DNA from: a bacterium HR10
GTDB lineage: Bacteria > Acidobacteriota > Blastocatellia > HR10
Direction of reading: 5' to 3'
Length of the DNA stretch: 64,000 nt
NCBI GenBank assembly: GCA_002923315.1
Contig: BEHM01000017.1
Coordinates: 1,000 to 64,999, forward strand
This document shows, in pieces, positions 45,545 to 54,932 of this stretch. The notes beneath the pieces were generated by a model. That model was not told the origin of the DNA. It saw only the letters and a list, made by a program, of their open reading frames with translations, and searched no databases. Every line of letters begins with the position of its first letter. The stretch's first letter is position 1. The translations under genes were made by a program, and so were the position numbers.

Positions 45545-46327
45545 TTACTCGGCGCGCACGCGATTGCGCAAGGTCCCGATGCCCTCGATCTCCACCTCGA
45601 TGAGGTCGCCATCGGCGAGGGGGCCGACACCGGCGGGCGTGCCGGTGAAGATGAGATCGCCCGGCAGCAAGGTCATCACGTGCGAGATGAAGCGCACGAG
45701 CACGGGCACTGGGAAGATGAGATCGCGCGTTGAGGCTCGTTGCCGCACGCGGCCATTGACGCGCGTCTCGATCCGAAGATCGGAGGGATCCAGATCGGTG
45801 GCGATCACCGGACCAATGGGGGCGAACGTATCGAACCCTTTCGCGCGCGTGAACTGTCCGTCCCGCTGCTGCAGATCGCGCGCGGTCACATCGTTGCCGC
45901 ACGTATAGCCGAGGACGTACGCGAGCGGATCCTCGCCCTCTCCGAGGCGAGAGGCGCGTCGGCCGATGACGACGACCAGCTCGCCCTCGTAGTCCACTCG
46001 CATGGACATACGGGGGAGTCGGATCGTCTCCTCCGGACCGATCACCGCGCTCGGCGGCTTGAGGAAGATCAGCGGCTCGGCGGGCACGCCATGCCCGAGC
46101 TCGGCCGCGTGGTCGCGATAGTTCCGCCCGAGCGCCACGATCTTGCTCGGTTCACAGGGGGCGAGTAAGCGCGTGTGTGAGAGCGGCCGCGCTTCGGACT
46201 CCCGAGGCGTGATCGAACCGAAGGGATGATCTTCTGCGATGGGGATGACGCGCTCCCCCTCGAGCAATCCATAGCGCGCTCGTGGGGGATTCGGGGCGAA
46301 GAGATCGAGAAACCGACAGATGCGCAT
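45545..46327 (-). CDS. Fumarylacetoacetate hydrolase-family protein
   Basis: Track ORF 45545..46435 trimmed to ATG 46327 (AGGAGGT upstream). SKIVALGRNYRDHAAE, DYEGELVVVIG, GYTCGNDVTARD, PGDLIFTGTPAGVG. Confidence 0.85.
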   Translation of the reverse strand: MRICRFLDLFAPNPPRARYGLLEGERVIPIAEDHPFGSITPRESEARPLSHTRLLAPCEPSKIVALGRNYRDHAAELGHGVPAEPLIFLKPPSAVIGPEETIRLPRMSMRVDYEGELVVVIGRRASRLGEGEDPLAYVLGYTCGNDVTARDLQQRDGQFTRAKGFDTFAPIGPVIATDLDPSDLRIETRVNGRVRQRASTRDLIFPVPVLVRFISHVMTLLPGDLIFTGTPAGVGPLADGDLIEVEIEGIGTLRNRVRAE

Positions 46328-47465
46328 CTCTGAGGACCTCCTGGACGACGATCTCCGACGGGCGGCTCTCATTCCCGAAGCGATCCACCGCCGTGATGCG
46401 ATAGGCATAGCGCGCGCCCGGCTGCACGGCCTCATCGCGATAGGTTGTGAGCGGATGCGGTGTCGCGTTCAATCGCACCCACGCCGATTCCGGAGCGTCC
46501 GCCGAGGGAGCGCGATAGATATAATACCCCATGACGTCCGGCTCCCGGTTCGGCGTCCAGAAGAGGCTGACGATCCCATGCGCCGAAGCAGCGATCACGC
46601 CCTCGGGGGGAGCCGGTGGGAAGATGTCGCGCGGCGTGAAGCGAATCGGCGCCGCATCGCGGCTCTCGATGAGCGTCCCATCGCGCGCCGGGGCGACGGC
46701 CCTCACGACGTAGACATATTCGACACCGTATTGAAAGTCCCGATCGCGCCACTCCGTCTCCGTGACGAGTGCGGCGCCGTTGAGGGGAGGACCGAAGTGA
46801 GGGTCCTCGCCCCTTCGACGATACACGTTGTAGCCGAGGACGTTCGGCGGCGCGGATCCATCCACGTTGCGCGCGGGCGGTGCCCATGTGAGGAGGACGA
46901 CATCCTGAGCGGCATCCACGGCGCGGAGGGCGCGCGGGGGGGAGGGGACATCGCCCTGCGGCTCGATCTGCACAATGTTCGAGAGCGGTCCAGGACGTCC
47001 GCGGGCGTCCACCAAGCGCGCGGCGTAGAGCCACCGATGCCCGAAGGCGGTGATCGGCCCATCCTCCAGCGTGAGCGTCTCCTGGGGTGAGGCGCGCGCG
47101 AGCTCCTCGCGATCGAAGATGGCGATCAGGCGCGCGCGCTCCAGAAACGCGTCCTCCGAAGGGAGTTCGGAAGCCCCGCGCGGCTCCAGAGCGCGATAGA
47201 CTTCCAGACGATCCACGAGGAAGCCGCGCGCGGCGGAGGCATCTACATCCGGGCGCGGGAGCGTGAGCCGGAGCACGTCGCCCTGCTGCCGGACGCTCAC
47301 TCCCTCCAGACGCATCGGCGTGGGCCGAGGAGGCGGCAGAGGGGCGCCGACTCTCCCACACGAGCAGGAGAGCGCTCCACTGAGAAGGAGGACGGAGAGC
47401 AAAGGAAGAGCGCGGCAGGTGAAGGCGAAGTGGCATCGGCCGGAGATCGATCGCGCTCCCGTCAC
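46152..47465 (-). CDS. Secreted protein with three fibronectin-type-III-like repeats; the 3' tail overlaps the FAH gene
   Basis: Track ORF, 437 aa. GTG 47465 overlaps the hslU stop (GTGA). Signal-like [16 protein letters not shown]. Repeats end in VYRAL / GYNVYRRRG / GYYIYRAPS...[13 protein letters not shown]. The last 58 aa or so are low-complexity and lie out of frame over the FAH gene. Confidence 0.6.
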   Translation of the reverse strand: MTGARSISGRCHFAFTCRALPLLSVLLLSGALSCSCGRVGAPLPPPRPTPMRLEGVSVRQQGDVLRLTLPRPDVDASAARGFLVDRLEVYRALEPRGASELPSEDAFLERARLIAIFDREELARASPQETLTLEDGPITAFGHRWLYAARLVDARGRPGPLSNIVQIEPQGDVPSPPRALRAVDAAQDVVLLTWAPPARNVDGSAPPNVLGYNVYRRRGEDPHFGPPLNGAALVTETEWRDRDFQYGVEYVYVVRAVAPARDGTLIESRDAAPIRFTPRDIFPPAPPEGVIAASAHGIVSLFWTPNREPDVMGYYIYRAPSADAPESAWVRLNATPHPLTTYRDEAVQPGARYAYRITAVDRFGNESRPSEIVVQEVLRDAHLSVSRSLRPESPTSALWIARGGARHPHRRRSSLRFDHASGVRSAAALTHALTRPL

Positions 47466-48904
47466 AGGATGTAGCGGCTGAGGTCCTGATTTTGCACGAT
47501 GCCCACGAGCTTGCGGCGTACGTACTCGGCATCAATCCGCTGATGTTTCTCCTTGAGATCGGGCGCTTCGAAGGAGATATCCTCGAGCACCTTCTCCATG
47601 ATCGTGTGCAGGCGTCGGGCGCCGATATTCTCCGTCTGCTCGTTCACGGCGTAGGCGAATTCCGCGATGGCGTCAATGGCGTCGGGCGTGAACTCGAGCG
47701 TGACCCCTTCGGTCGCCAGCAGCGCCGTATACTGCTTGATGAGCGAGTTCTTCGGCTCGGTGAGGATGCGTTTGAAGTCCTCGACCGTCAGCGGATCCAG
47801 CTCCACGCGGATGGGGAAACGACCCTGCAACTCGGGGATGAGGTCGGAGGGTTTGGTGACATGAAAGGCGCCAGCAGCGATGAAGAGGATATGATCGGTG
47901 CGCACGGTGCCGTAGCGCGTGCTCACGGTCGTCCCCTCGATGATCGGCAGCAGATCGCGCTGCACCCCCTCGCGCGAGACGTCCGGCCCATGCCCGGATT
48001 CTCGTCCGGCGATCTTATCAATCTCGTCCAGGAAGATGATGCCCGATTGCTCGACGCGCTCCAGGGCGATGCGCGCCACCTGCTCCATGTCAATGAGCTT
48101 CTGCTCCTCCTCCTGGATGAGATAGTCCATCGCCTCATCCACGCGCATCTTTCGCTTCTTGGTGCGGCCGGGACCGAAGAGACCGGGGATCAGCTCCTGA
48201 ATGGCGATGTCCATCTCCTCCACACCCTGGCTCGTGATGATCTCAAAGCGCCCGGGGAAGAAGCGTTCGCGAACCTCGATCTCGACGATGCGATGGTTGA
48301 GCTTCCCCTCGCGCAAGAGCTGGCGCAACTTCTCGCGCGTGCGCTGCAACTGCTCGAAATCGGCCCCCTCCTCGAGGAGGGCTGCCTCGCCCTCCTCCTC
48401 TTCCAAGAAATCGCCGAGCGCTTGTCGCCGCCCCTTGCGCTTTCGCCCCGAGGGCAGGAGCAGATCCAGAAGGCGCTCCTCCGCGTTCTGCTCCGCTTTA
48501 TCGGCCACCTCCTGCATCTTCTCAGCACGCACCATATCCACGGCGACGTCCACGAGATCGCGGATCATGGACTCGACATCACGCCCGACGTATCCGACTT
48601 CAGTGAATTTGGACGCTTCGACCTTCAAGAAGGGCGAATTCGAGAGGCGCGCCAGGCGACGCGCGATCTCTGTCTTGCCGACGCCCGTCGGCCCGATCAT
48701 GAGGATGTTCTTCGGGATGATGTCCTGAGCGAGATCAGGCGGGAGCTTCTGTCGGCGAATGCGATTGCGCAGGGCGATGGCGACGGCCCGCTTGGCCGCC
48801 GTTTGGCCGACGACGTACTTATCCAGCTCTTCGACGATCTGACGCGGCGTCAGCTCGTCCAATTTCGGCAGTGTCTCGACCTCGCTGGAGAGATAGATGA
48901 CCAT
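47462..48904 (-). CDS. hslU: ATP-dependent protease ATPase subunit HslU
   Basis: Track ORF 47462..49045 trimmed to ATG 48904. [31 protein letters not shown], Walker [16 protein letters not shown] and [10 protein letters not shown]. Confidence 0.9.
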   Translation of the reverse strand: MVIYLSSEVETLPKLDELTPRQIVEELDKYVVGQTAAKRAVAIALRNRIRRQKLPPDLAQDIIPKNILMIGPTGVGKTEIARRLARLSNSPFLKVEASKFTEVGYVGRDVESMIRDLVDVAVDMVRAEKMQEVADKAEQNAEERLLDLLLPSGRKRKGRRQALGDFLEEEEGEAALLEEGADFEQLQRTREKLRQLLREGKLNHRIVEIEVRERFFPGRFEIITSQGVEEMDIAIQELIPGLFGPGRTKKRKMRVDEAMDYLIQEEEQKLIDMEQVARIALERVEQSGIIFLDEIDKIAGRESGHGPDVSREGVQRDLLPIIEGTTVSTRYGTVRTDHILFIAAGAFHVTKPSDLIPELQGRFPIRVELDPLTVEDFKRILTEPKNSLIKQYTALLATEGVTLEFTPDAIDAIAEFAYAVNEQTENIGARRLHTIMEKVLEDISFEAPDLKEKHQRIDAEYVRRKLVGIVQNQDLSRYIL

Positions 48905-48911
48905 AGCCGGG

Positions 48912-49454
48912 TCACAACTCCTCGATGATGAAGTGCTCATTCGTATAGACGCAGATCTGGCTCGCGATACGCAGTGCTTCTTCGGCGATCTCGCGAGCCG
49001 AGAGCGTCGTATGCCGGAGCAGGGCGCGGGCGGCCGCCAGCGCATACGGCCCGCCCGATCCGATGGCGGCGACGTCGTCGTCCGGCTCGATGACCTCCCC
49101 GCTGCCGGAGAGAATGAGCGAGCGTTCGCGATCGGCGACGAGCAAGAGCGCCTCCAGATGGCGCAAGTATCGGTCCGTGCGCCAATCCCGCGCCAGCTCC
49201 ACCGCCGCCCGATTCAAATTCCCGCGAAACTCCTCCAGTTTGCTCTCGAAGCGCTGAAAGAGCGCGAAGGCATCCGCCGTCGAACCCGCGAATCCCGCCA
49301 GGATGCGGTCATTATAGAGTCGGCGCACTTTGCGCGCGTTGTGCTTCAGGATCGTGTCCTGGAATGTGACCTGTCCATCACTGGCCATGACGACGCGACC
49401 CTGGCGGCGAACGCACAGGACGGTTGTACCCTTCATCTGCGCGTGACTCACCAT
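48912..49454 (-). CDS. hslV: ATP-dependent protease subunit HslV
   Basis: Track ORF 48912..49673 trimmed to ATG 49454 ([19 protein letters not shown]; ATG 49436 is the alternative). GTTV catalytic-Thr region, [10 protein letters not shown] and GSGGPYA. Confidence 0.9.
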   Translation of the reverse strand: MVSHAQMKGTTVLCVRRQGRVVMASDGQVTFQDTILKHNARKVRRLYNDRILAGFAGSTADAFALFQRFESKLEEFRGNLNRAAVELARDWRTDRYLRHLEALLLVADRERSLILSGSGEVIEPDDDVAAIGSGGPYALAAARALLRHTTLSAREIAEEALRIASQICVYTNEHFIIEEL

Positions 49455-49463
49455 TCGATTAGC

Positions 49464-49492
49464 ACTATAAGAGTCGCGCCCGGAATTGTCAA
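49464..49492 (-). promoter_or_regulatory. Near-consensus promoter for hslVU: TTGACA-17-TATAGT, 9 nt upstream of ATG 49454
   Basis: Minus strand reads tcTTGACAattccgggcgcgactctTATAGTgctaatcgaATG. Confidence 0.6.
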
Positions 49493-49519
49493 GAAAGCGC
49501 GCGCCGCGCCTGCGACGCT

Positions 49520-49549
49520 TTGACTCGGACGCGCGCGCCGACTTAGGAT
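49520..49549 (+). promoter_or_regulatory. Promoter candidate for the hypothetical/GT9 genes: TTGACT-18-TAGGAT
   Basis: ctTTGACTcggacgcgcgcgccgactTAGGATtaccgg, 24 nt upstream of ATG 49574. Confidence 0.45.
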
Positions 49550-49573
49550 TACCGGGGTCGTGGCAGAACGGCG

Positions 49574-50056
49574 ATGGAGACGGTGCAGCACGTGGCGGAG
49601 CGCGTGAAAGCGATCCTCGGCGCGGAGTGGATCCCCGCGATCTACCGCGATCACATTCTCGCGGACCGAACACGCCGCTATGCGCTCAGGTGTCCGCGTG
49701 GGGCTCGACGCGTGGAGATCGCGCACACACTGCTGGGCATCGAGGTGAAGGTGGATGGCCGACGACTGCTGGTTCCCGATCTGGCCGTCGCGCGCTATCT
49801 GGCCGTCTTCGCCCGCATCGGGGCGGAAGCCATCGCCATCCCCTATGACATCACGCGCCTGTCGCGCTTCGCGGATCAGTTGGAGCAGTCCTGGCAACGA
49901 CTTCTCCTGCTCGTGGAGCATGTCACCGAAGGGCGGAGCTCGCACTTTCGCGCCCGCGTGCGGGCCTGCTTGCTGCGGTGGATGCGGGATGAGCTGCGGA
50001 TGCTCGGCGCGGGGGCGCCCTATCCGTCCTTCGAGATGCCGACGCGGCGGCGATGA
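49574..50056 (+). CDS. Hypothetical protein (160 aa), family not recognised
   Basis: Track ORF. Strong G/C third-position bias when read codon by codon. Its stop overlaps the GT9 start (ATGA at 50053-50056). Confidence 0.6.
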   Translation: METVQHVAERVKAILGAEWIPAIYRDHILADRTRRYALRCPRGARRVEIAHTLLGIEVKVDGRRLLVPDLAVARYLAVFARIGAEAIAIPYDITRLSRFADQLEQSWQRLLLLVEHVTEGRSSHFRARVRACLLRWMRDELRMLGAGAPYPSFEMPTRRR

Positions 50057-51060
50057 GGTGGATCTCGATACGGCGACCGCTCTCGCGAATTCTCCTGCTG
50101 CACTTCGGGAGGCTGAGTGAGATCGTCTTCGCTCTGCCTGCGTGCTCGGCTGTGCGCGAGCGCTTTCCCGATGCCCGCATCACCGGGGTGGCGACGCCGT
50201 GGGGGTGCGAGCTGCTCGCCTTGAGCGGCGTCGTATCGGACTGCTGGCCGATCACGAGCACGCATCCGGCGGACCTGCTCCTCCCCTGGAACGCTCTTGA
50301 GGCCATCCAGGCGATGGGGGAGTTGCGGGAGCGACGGTATGAGCTGGCCATTGATTTCCACCCCTCAGGAGGGACGATCCTCATCGCCTTAGCCGCTGGC
50401 GTGCGCGCGCGTCTGGCCGCGGGGCGGCCAGAGGGGTTCGCCGGGCTCTTCTTCAACGTCTGGCGCGTGCCGGAGGACCCGCGCCGCCATCTCGTGGATC
50501 GGTATCTGGACGCTCTGCGCGCGCTCGATATCCCACCGACAGCTCGCATCCCCACGGTGCGCACCGATCCCGAGGCAGATGAGCGCTTCGAGCGGTGGCT
50601 CCGGGCCCAGGGGGTCGAGCCCGGGGAGCTTCTGATCGGACTCTCTCCAGAAGCCGACCCCAGTGCGACTCCGTGGCCGTGGGATCGGTTCCGCGATCTG
50701 GCGCAGCGTCTGGTCGCTCACTTCTGCGCCCGAATTCTCACTGTGGGGGGAGAGCGGCCGACGCGCCGGGGGCTCCCCAAAGGGACGCTGCGCGTGCGCG
50801 CGCGTGCGCTGCGCGAGTTGGCGTCGGCCCTGGCGCGCTGTGCGCTCGTCGTTTCGGGTGACGCCGGAGCGGGCCATCTCGCCGCCGCGCTCGGTGTTCC
50901 CACGCTCATGCTCGGATGTGCGAGCACACGGCGCCCGCTTGGGGACGAACACCGGTTCGTGGAACGCGCGGCTCTCGACCGATATTCTGTGGAGCGCGTC
51001 TTCGAAATGGCGAGTGAGATGCTCGGGCGCAGCCGGACGGCGACGCTCTTTCGTTCCTGA
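50053..51060 (+). CDS. Glycosyltransferase family 9 (LPS heptosyltransferase-like)
   Basis: Track ORF, 335 aa. ILLLHFGRLSEIVFALPACSAVRERFPDARI N-terminus and a C-terminal ...VSGDAGAGHLAAALGVPT motif. Confidence 0.8.
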   Translation: MRWISIRRPLSRILLLHFGRLSEIVFALPACSAVRERFPDARITGVATPWGCELLALSGVVSDCWPITSTHPADLLLPWNALEAIQAMGELRERRYELAIDFHPSGGTILIALAAGVRARLAAGRPEGFAGLFFNVWRVPEDPRRHLVDRYLDALRALDIPPTARIPTVRTDPEADERFERWLRAQGVEPGELLIGLSPEADPSATPWPWDRFRDLAQRLVAHFCARILTVGGERPTRRGLPKGTLRVRARALRELASALARCALVVSGDAGAGHLAAALGVPTLMLGCASTRRPLGDEHRFVERAALDRYSVERVFEMASEMLGRSRTATLFRS

Positions 51061-51068
51061 GGCTCTTT

Positions 51069-51097
51069 TTGACAATCCGGACGACCCGTGATAGAGT
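51069..51097 (+). promoter_or_regulatory. Promoter for the trm112-like gene: TTGACA-17-TAGAGT
   Basis: ttTTGACAatccggacgacccgtgaTAGAGTagcggagga, 29 nt upstream of ATG 51127. Confidence 0.55.
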
Positions 51098-51126
51098 AGC
51101 GGAGGATTCGGTGAGAGGGACGGACG

Positions 51127-51333
51127 ATGAGCATCAAACCGGAGCTGTTGGAGATTCTGGCCTGTCCCGCCTGCGTGCGCGAGATGAATGAGCGGGCGAA
51201 GGTTCGTCTGACGGCCGACGGGCAAGGGTTGCAATGCCCGATCTGTCGCCGCGTTTACCCCATTCGGGAGGGGATCCCCGTGATGCTCATCGAGGAGGCG
51301 CGCGTGGAGGAGCGAGAGCTGTGGCGGGAGTGA
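51127..51333 (+). CDS. Trm112/YcaR-family (UPF0434) small zinc-ribbon protein
   Basis: Track ORF, 68 aa. LLEILACPAC...LQCPICRRVYPIREGIPVMLIEEA. Confidence 0.8.
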   Translation: MSIKPELLEILACPACVREMNERAKVRLTADGQGLQCPICRRVYPIREGIPVMLIEEARVEERELWRE

Positions 51334-51408
51334 CGCATCCTGGTTGAGGACGGCGCGTACGGTTCAGGAGAGTGAGAGCTCAAGCGAGAGGAGGCATCAA
51401 GGGGGATC

Positions 51409-52530
51409 ATGGTGCGTTCGGATTCGGATCCTGTGGCGCATGCGGAGCTTCCCTGGGATCGCATTCGGCGCGTCCTGTTCATCCGGTTGCGCTCGATCGG
51501 AGATACGGTGCTCATGACGCCGTGCCTGACGGCGCTCAAGCAGTGGAAGCCGGAGCTGCAGATCAGCGTGCTCAGCGAAACCCTCTCGGCTCCGCTTCTG
51601 GAGGATCATCCGCACGTGGACGACGTGATCGTCCTGGAGCGGGACGAACGAGGGCTGCGTGACGGCATGCGCCGATGGCAGGTGGCGAAGCGCCTGCGCG
51701 AACAGGCCTTCGACGTCGCCTTCAATCTGCACGGAGGGCCGACGGCCACACTCCTCACGTATTTGAGTCGGGCCCCGGAGCGGATCGGATATCGGGGCTA
51801 TCGCTACGGGTGGTTGCACAACCGGCGAGCGCCGGATCCTCCGCATATCTGGCAGAAGGTGGAGATCCATTCGGTCGAACAGCAACTCGGGCTCTTGAAA
51901 TGGTGTGGCGTTCCCATCACGACGCCTCCACCGACCTCGCTGCGGGCGAATGAGCACGCTCTTATGAGCGTGCACCGACGCTTGAGACAGATGGGGATTC
52001 GCGGTCCATTCGCCGTGATCCATCCGGCCGCCACGCACGAGACCAAGCGATGGTCCGCGTACAAATTCGCTCAAGTCGTTCGCTACCTTGCGGCGAAGCA
52101 TGATCTGCCCTCGCTCGTCCTCGCGGCGCGACATGAGGGGCACATCACGGACGCTGTCAAAGGCTTCGCGGGAGTGGCCGCGCATCCGATCACTGATCTC
52201 ACCCTGAAGGAGGTCATCGCGTTGCTCAGCCGCGCGGCGCTCTTTGTGGGCAACGATAGCGGGCCGGCGCATATCGCGGCCGCCGTGGGCTGTCCGGGGG
52301 TCGTGATCTTCGGCGCTTCAGATCCGACAGTCTGGCGGCCCTGGGGCACGGCGCCCTCGGCCGTCGTGCAAGCGACGCGGGATCATATGGGTGTATCCCT
52401 TCCCCCATCCGAGCGCATTCGACATGTCCGCGTCGAGCACGTGATCGAGGCCATTGAGCGCGTGCTCGCCTCGATCAGCGGGGAAGTGATGTGGCGACCG
52501 TCGCTCGCTGATCGGGAATGGTCGCCATAG
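51409..52530 (+). CDS. Glycosyltransferase family 9 (LPS heptosyltransferase-like), second copy
   Basis: Track ORF, 373 aa. RVLFIRLRSIGDTVLMTPCLTALKQWKP and C-terminal FVGNDSGPAHIAAAVGCPGVVIFG. Confidence 0.8.
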   Translation: MVRSDSDPVAHAELPWDRIRRVLFIRLRSIGDTVLMTPCLTALKQWKPELQISVLSETLSAPLLEDHPHVDDVIVLERDERGLRDGMRRWQVAKRLREQAFDVAFNLHGGPTATLLTYLSRAPERIGYRGYRYGWLHNRRAPDPPHIWQKVEIHSVEQQLGLLKWCGVPITTPPPTSLRANEHALMSVHRRLRQMGIRGPFAVIHPAATHETKRWSAYKFAQVVRYLAAKHDLPSLVLAARHEGHITDAVKGFAGVAAHPITDLTLKEVIALLSRAALFVGNDSGPAHIAAAVGCPGVVIFGASDPTVWRPWGTAPSAVVQATRDHMGVSLPPSERIRHVRVEHVIEAIERVLASISGEVMWRPSLADREWSP

Positions 52531-52543
52531 GAGGCGAGATGCC

Positions 52544-53572
52544 ATGCTGCACCAGTTGGAACGTCTGACGCCCGAGCAGGCCGAGCGCGTGCTGGAGCGA
52601 TTCGCGGGTCGGCGATTGCTGGTGCTCGGGGACCTCATGCTCGACGAATACCTGTGGGGGAAGGCCCGGCGCATCTCGCCTGAAGCACCCGTGCCCGTGG
52701 TCGAGATCGAGCGCGAATCGTTTCGCCTGGGGGGAGCGGGCAATGTGGCGAGCAACCTGCTGGCGCTTGGGGCTCGAGCATGGCTGGTGGCCGTGACGGG
52801 GGCGGACGCGGCGGCCGAGCGCCTCCGCGCTCTGCTCGCCGAATGGCGGATTGAGGCCGATGGCCTCCTGACCGATATGACGCGTCCGACCACGGTCAAA
52901 ACGCGCATTCTGGCGCAACATCAACAGGTCGTGCGCGCCGATCGGGAGAGTCGAGCCCCGCTCTCGGAAGACCTCACGCGCCGCCTCCTGGCCCTGGTGC
53001 GGGAGCGATTGGACGCCGTCGAGGGCGTCGTCATCTCCGACTACGAGAAGGGGACGATCACGCCGCCGCTGCTGGAGGCGCTGCTGCCGGAGCTCCGACG
53101 TCGGCATCTCCCCGTCTTCCTCGATCCGAAGATGCGCAACTTCCCCTACTATCGGCCGGTGACGTGGATCAAGCCGAATCAACGCGAGGCCGAGGCCGTG
53201 ATCCATCGAGAGATCGCGGATGAGGCGACGCTCCTGGAAGCCGGACGCCAGCTGCAGCGCGCGGCCGACAGCGACTACGTGCTGCTCACGCGCGGCGAGC
53301 ATGGGATGACCCTGTTCGCCCGCGAGGGCTGGGTGCGACATATCCCCACCGTGGCGCGCGAAGTCTACGATGTGACGGGAGCCGGGGATACGGTCATGGC
53401 CGCGCTCAGCCTCTCGGTCCTGGCCGGCGCCGATCCGCTGCAGGCCGCGCAACTGGCCAATTATGCCGCCAGCATCGTCATCGCGAAGCTCGGGACGGCC
53501 GTCGTCACGCGCGAGGAAATTCAGAATGCCCTTCGCGCCGATTGGCTCCTGCGCCGGAGCGACGCGCGGTGA
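52544..53572 (+). CDS. hldA: D-glycero-beta-D-manno-heptose-7-phosphate kinase (RfaE domain I only; PfkB family)
   Basis: Track ORF, 342 aa. VLGDLMLDEYLWGKARRISPEAPVPVV, GGAGNVASNL and DVTGAGDTV. No cytidylyltransferase-like domain II is fused. Confidence 0.85.
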   Translation: MLHQLERLTPEQAERVLERFAGRRLLVLGDLMLDEYLWGKARRISPEAPVPVVEIERESFRLGGAGNVASNLLALGARAWLVAVTGADAAAERLRALLAEWRIEADGLLTDMTRPTTVKTRILAQHQQVVRADRESRAPLSEDLTRRLLALVRERLDAVEGVVISDYEKGTITPPLLEALLPELRRRHLPVFLDPKMRNFPYYRPVTWIKPNQREAEAVIHREIADEATLLEAGRQLQRAADSDYVLLTRGEHGMTLFAREGWVRHIPTVAREVYDVTGAGDTVMAALSLSVLAGADPLQAAQLANYAASIVIAKLGTAVVTREEIQNALRADWLLRRSDAR

Positions 53573-54757
53573 TCAACGCTCGCCGAGCAAGAGCTTGGCG
53601 ATCGTCTGAAGCTGCATATTCGACGTCCCCTCGTAGATCTTCCCGATCTTCGAATCGCGGAAGTACTTCTCAGCCGGATAATCCTTGGTGAATCCGTAGC
53701 CGCCGTAGATCTCGACGACATGGGAGGTGACCCTCTCGGCGACGACCGAGGCGTAATACTTGGCCATCGCCGCCTCCTTCACGAAGGGACGACCGGCGTC
53801 CTTCAAACGGGCGGCGTTATAGACGAGCAACCGCGCCGCCTCCAACTCCGTCGCCAGCTCCGCGATCAGGAATTGAATGGCCTGAAATTCGGCGATCGGC
53901 CGCCCGAATTGCTTCCGCTCCTTGGCGTATTGAATCCCGCACTGGAGCGCCCCCTGCGCCAGGCCAATCATCTGCGCGCCGATGCCGATCCGCCCCTCGT
54001 TGAGGGTCTCGATGGCGACCTTGTATCCCTTGCCCACTTCGCCGAGGATGTTCTCCTTGGGGACGGGGACGTCATCCAGAATGAGCTCGCACGTTGAGGA
54101 GGCGCGAATGCCGAGCTTGTCCTCCTTCTTCCCGACGGCGAATCCGGGGAAATCCCGCTCGACGAGGAAGGCCGTGATACCCCGATAGCCGAGTTCGGGA
54201 TTGACCGTGGCGAAGACGATGAAGAGACCGGCCTCCAGGGCATTCGTCGTCCAGAGCTTGCGCCCGGTCAGCACATAGTGGTCCCCGCGCTCGATGGCCC
54301 GGCATTGCAAGGCGAAGGCATCGCTGCCGGCCCCGGCTTCCGAGAGGGCGTACGCGCCGACGGTATCCGAAGCCAATCGCGGCAAGTATTTCGCCTTCAA
54401 CGCCGGCGATCCCCAGCGCGTGATCGCATTGTTGACGAGCGTATTCTGCACATCCACGACGACGCCCGCTGAGGCATCCACGCGCGAGAGCTCCTCGACG
54501 GCGAGCACGGCCATGAAGAAGCTGCTCCCTGCTCCGCCGTACTCCTCCGGGATATTGATGCCCATGAGGCCGAGTCGGAAGAAATCCTGCAGGAGCCCGG
54601 GATCGAATTTCCCCTCCTCGTCCATCTTCTTGACCAGGGGACGAACCCGCTCCTCGGCGAACTGCCGAACGTTGTGTCGGAACAACTCCTCCTCTTCGGA
54701 GAGTTGCGTCAGAGGAGGAACCGGGAGATGCCCTGTCGCCGCACTCTCGTGACTCAT
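53573..54757 (-). CDS. Acyl-CoA dehydrogenase (short/branched-chain type)
   Basis: Track ORF 53573..54991 trimmed to ATG 54757 (GAGGAGGAGAGG upstream). GAYALSEAGAGSDAF, catalytic-base region YEGTSNMQ. Confidence 0.9.
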   Translation of the reverse strand: MSHESAATGHLPVPPLTQLSEEEELFRHNVRQFAEERVRPLVKKMDEEGKFDPGLLQDFFRLGLMGINIPEEYGGAGSSFFMAVLAVEELSRVDASAGVVVDVQNTLVNNAITRWGSPALKAKYLPRLASDTVGAYALSEAGAGSDAFALQCRAIERGDHYVLTGRKLWTTNALEAGLFIVFATVNPELGYRGITAFLVERDFPGFAVGKKEDKLGIRASSTCELILDDVPVPKENILGEVGKGYKVAIETLNEGRIGIGAQMIGLAQGALQCGIQYAKERKQFGRPIAEFQAIQFLIAELATELEAARLLVYNAARLKDAGRPFVKEAAMAKYYASVVAERVTSHVVEIYGGYGFTKDYPAEKYFRDSKIGKIYEGTSNMQLQTIAKLLLGER

Positions 54758-54932
54758 CCTCTCCTCCTCGATGATGACGTCGTGTGAGAGGGCATAGTAT
54801 TCCATACGCGCGACCCGCGAGGCAATGTGCACCACGGAGGTCTGAGCAACGCTGAGGGTCGTTCCCCCGGCGCGTTGCGGCCCCGTCGGGGCTATGCTAG
54901 CATCTAAGCCTCTCAAGCGGCAGGCGGGTTGT

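Noticed and set aside
44109-45908. 599-aa plus-strand ORF, plus 43322..44740
   Set aside because: Antisense to the UDG family 5, ferredoxin, DHDPS-like and FAH genes, all of which have motifs and strong Shine-Dalgarno sequences.
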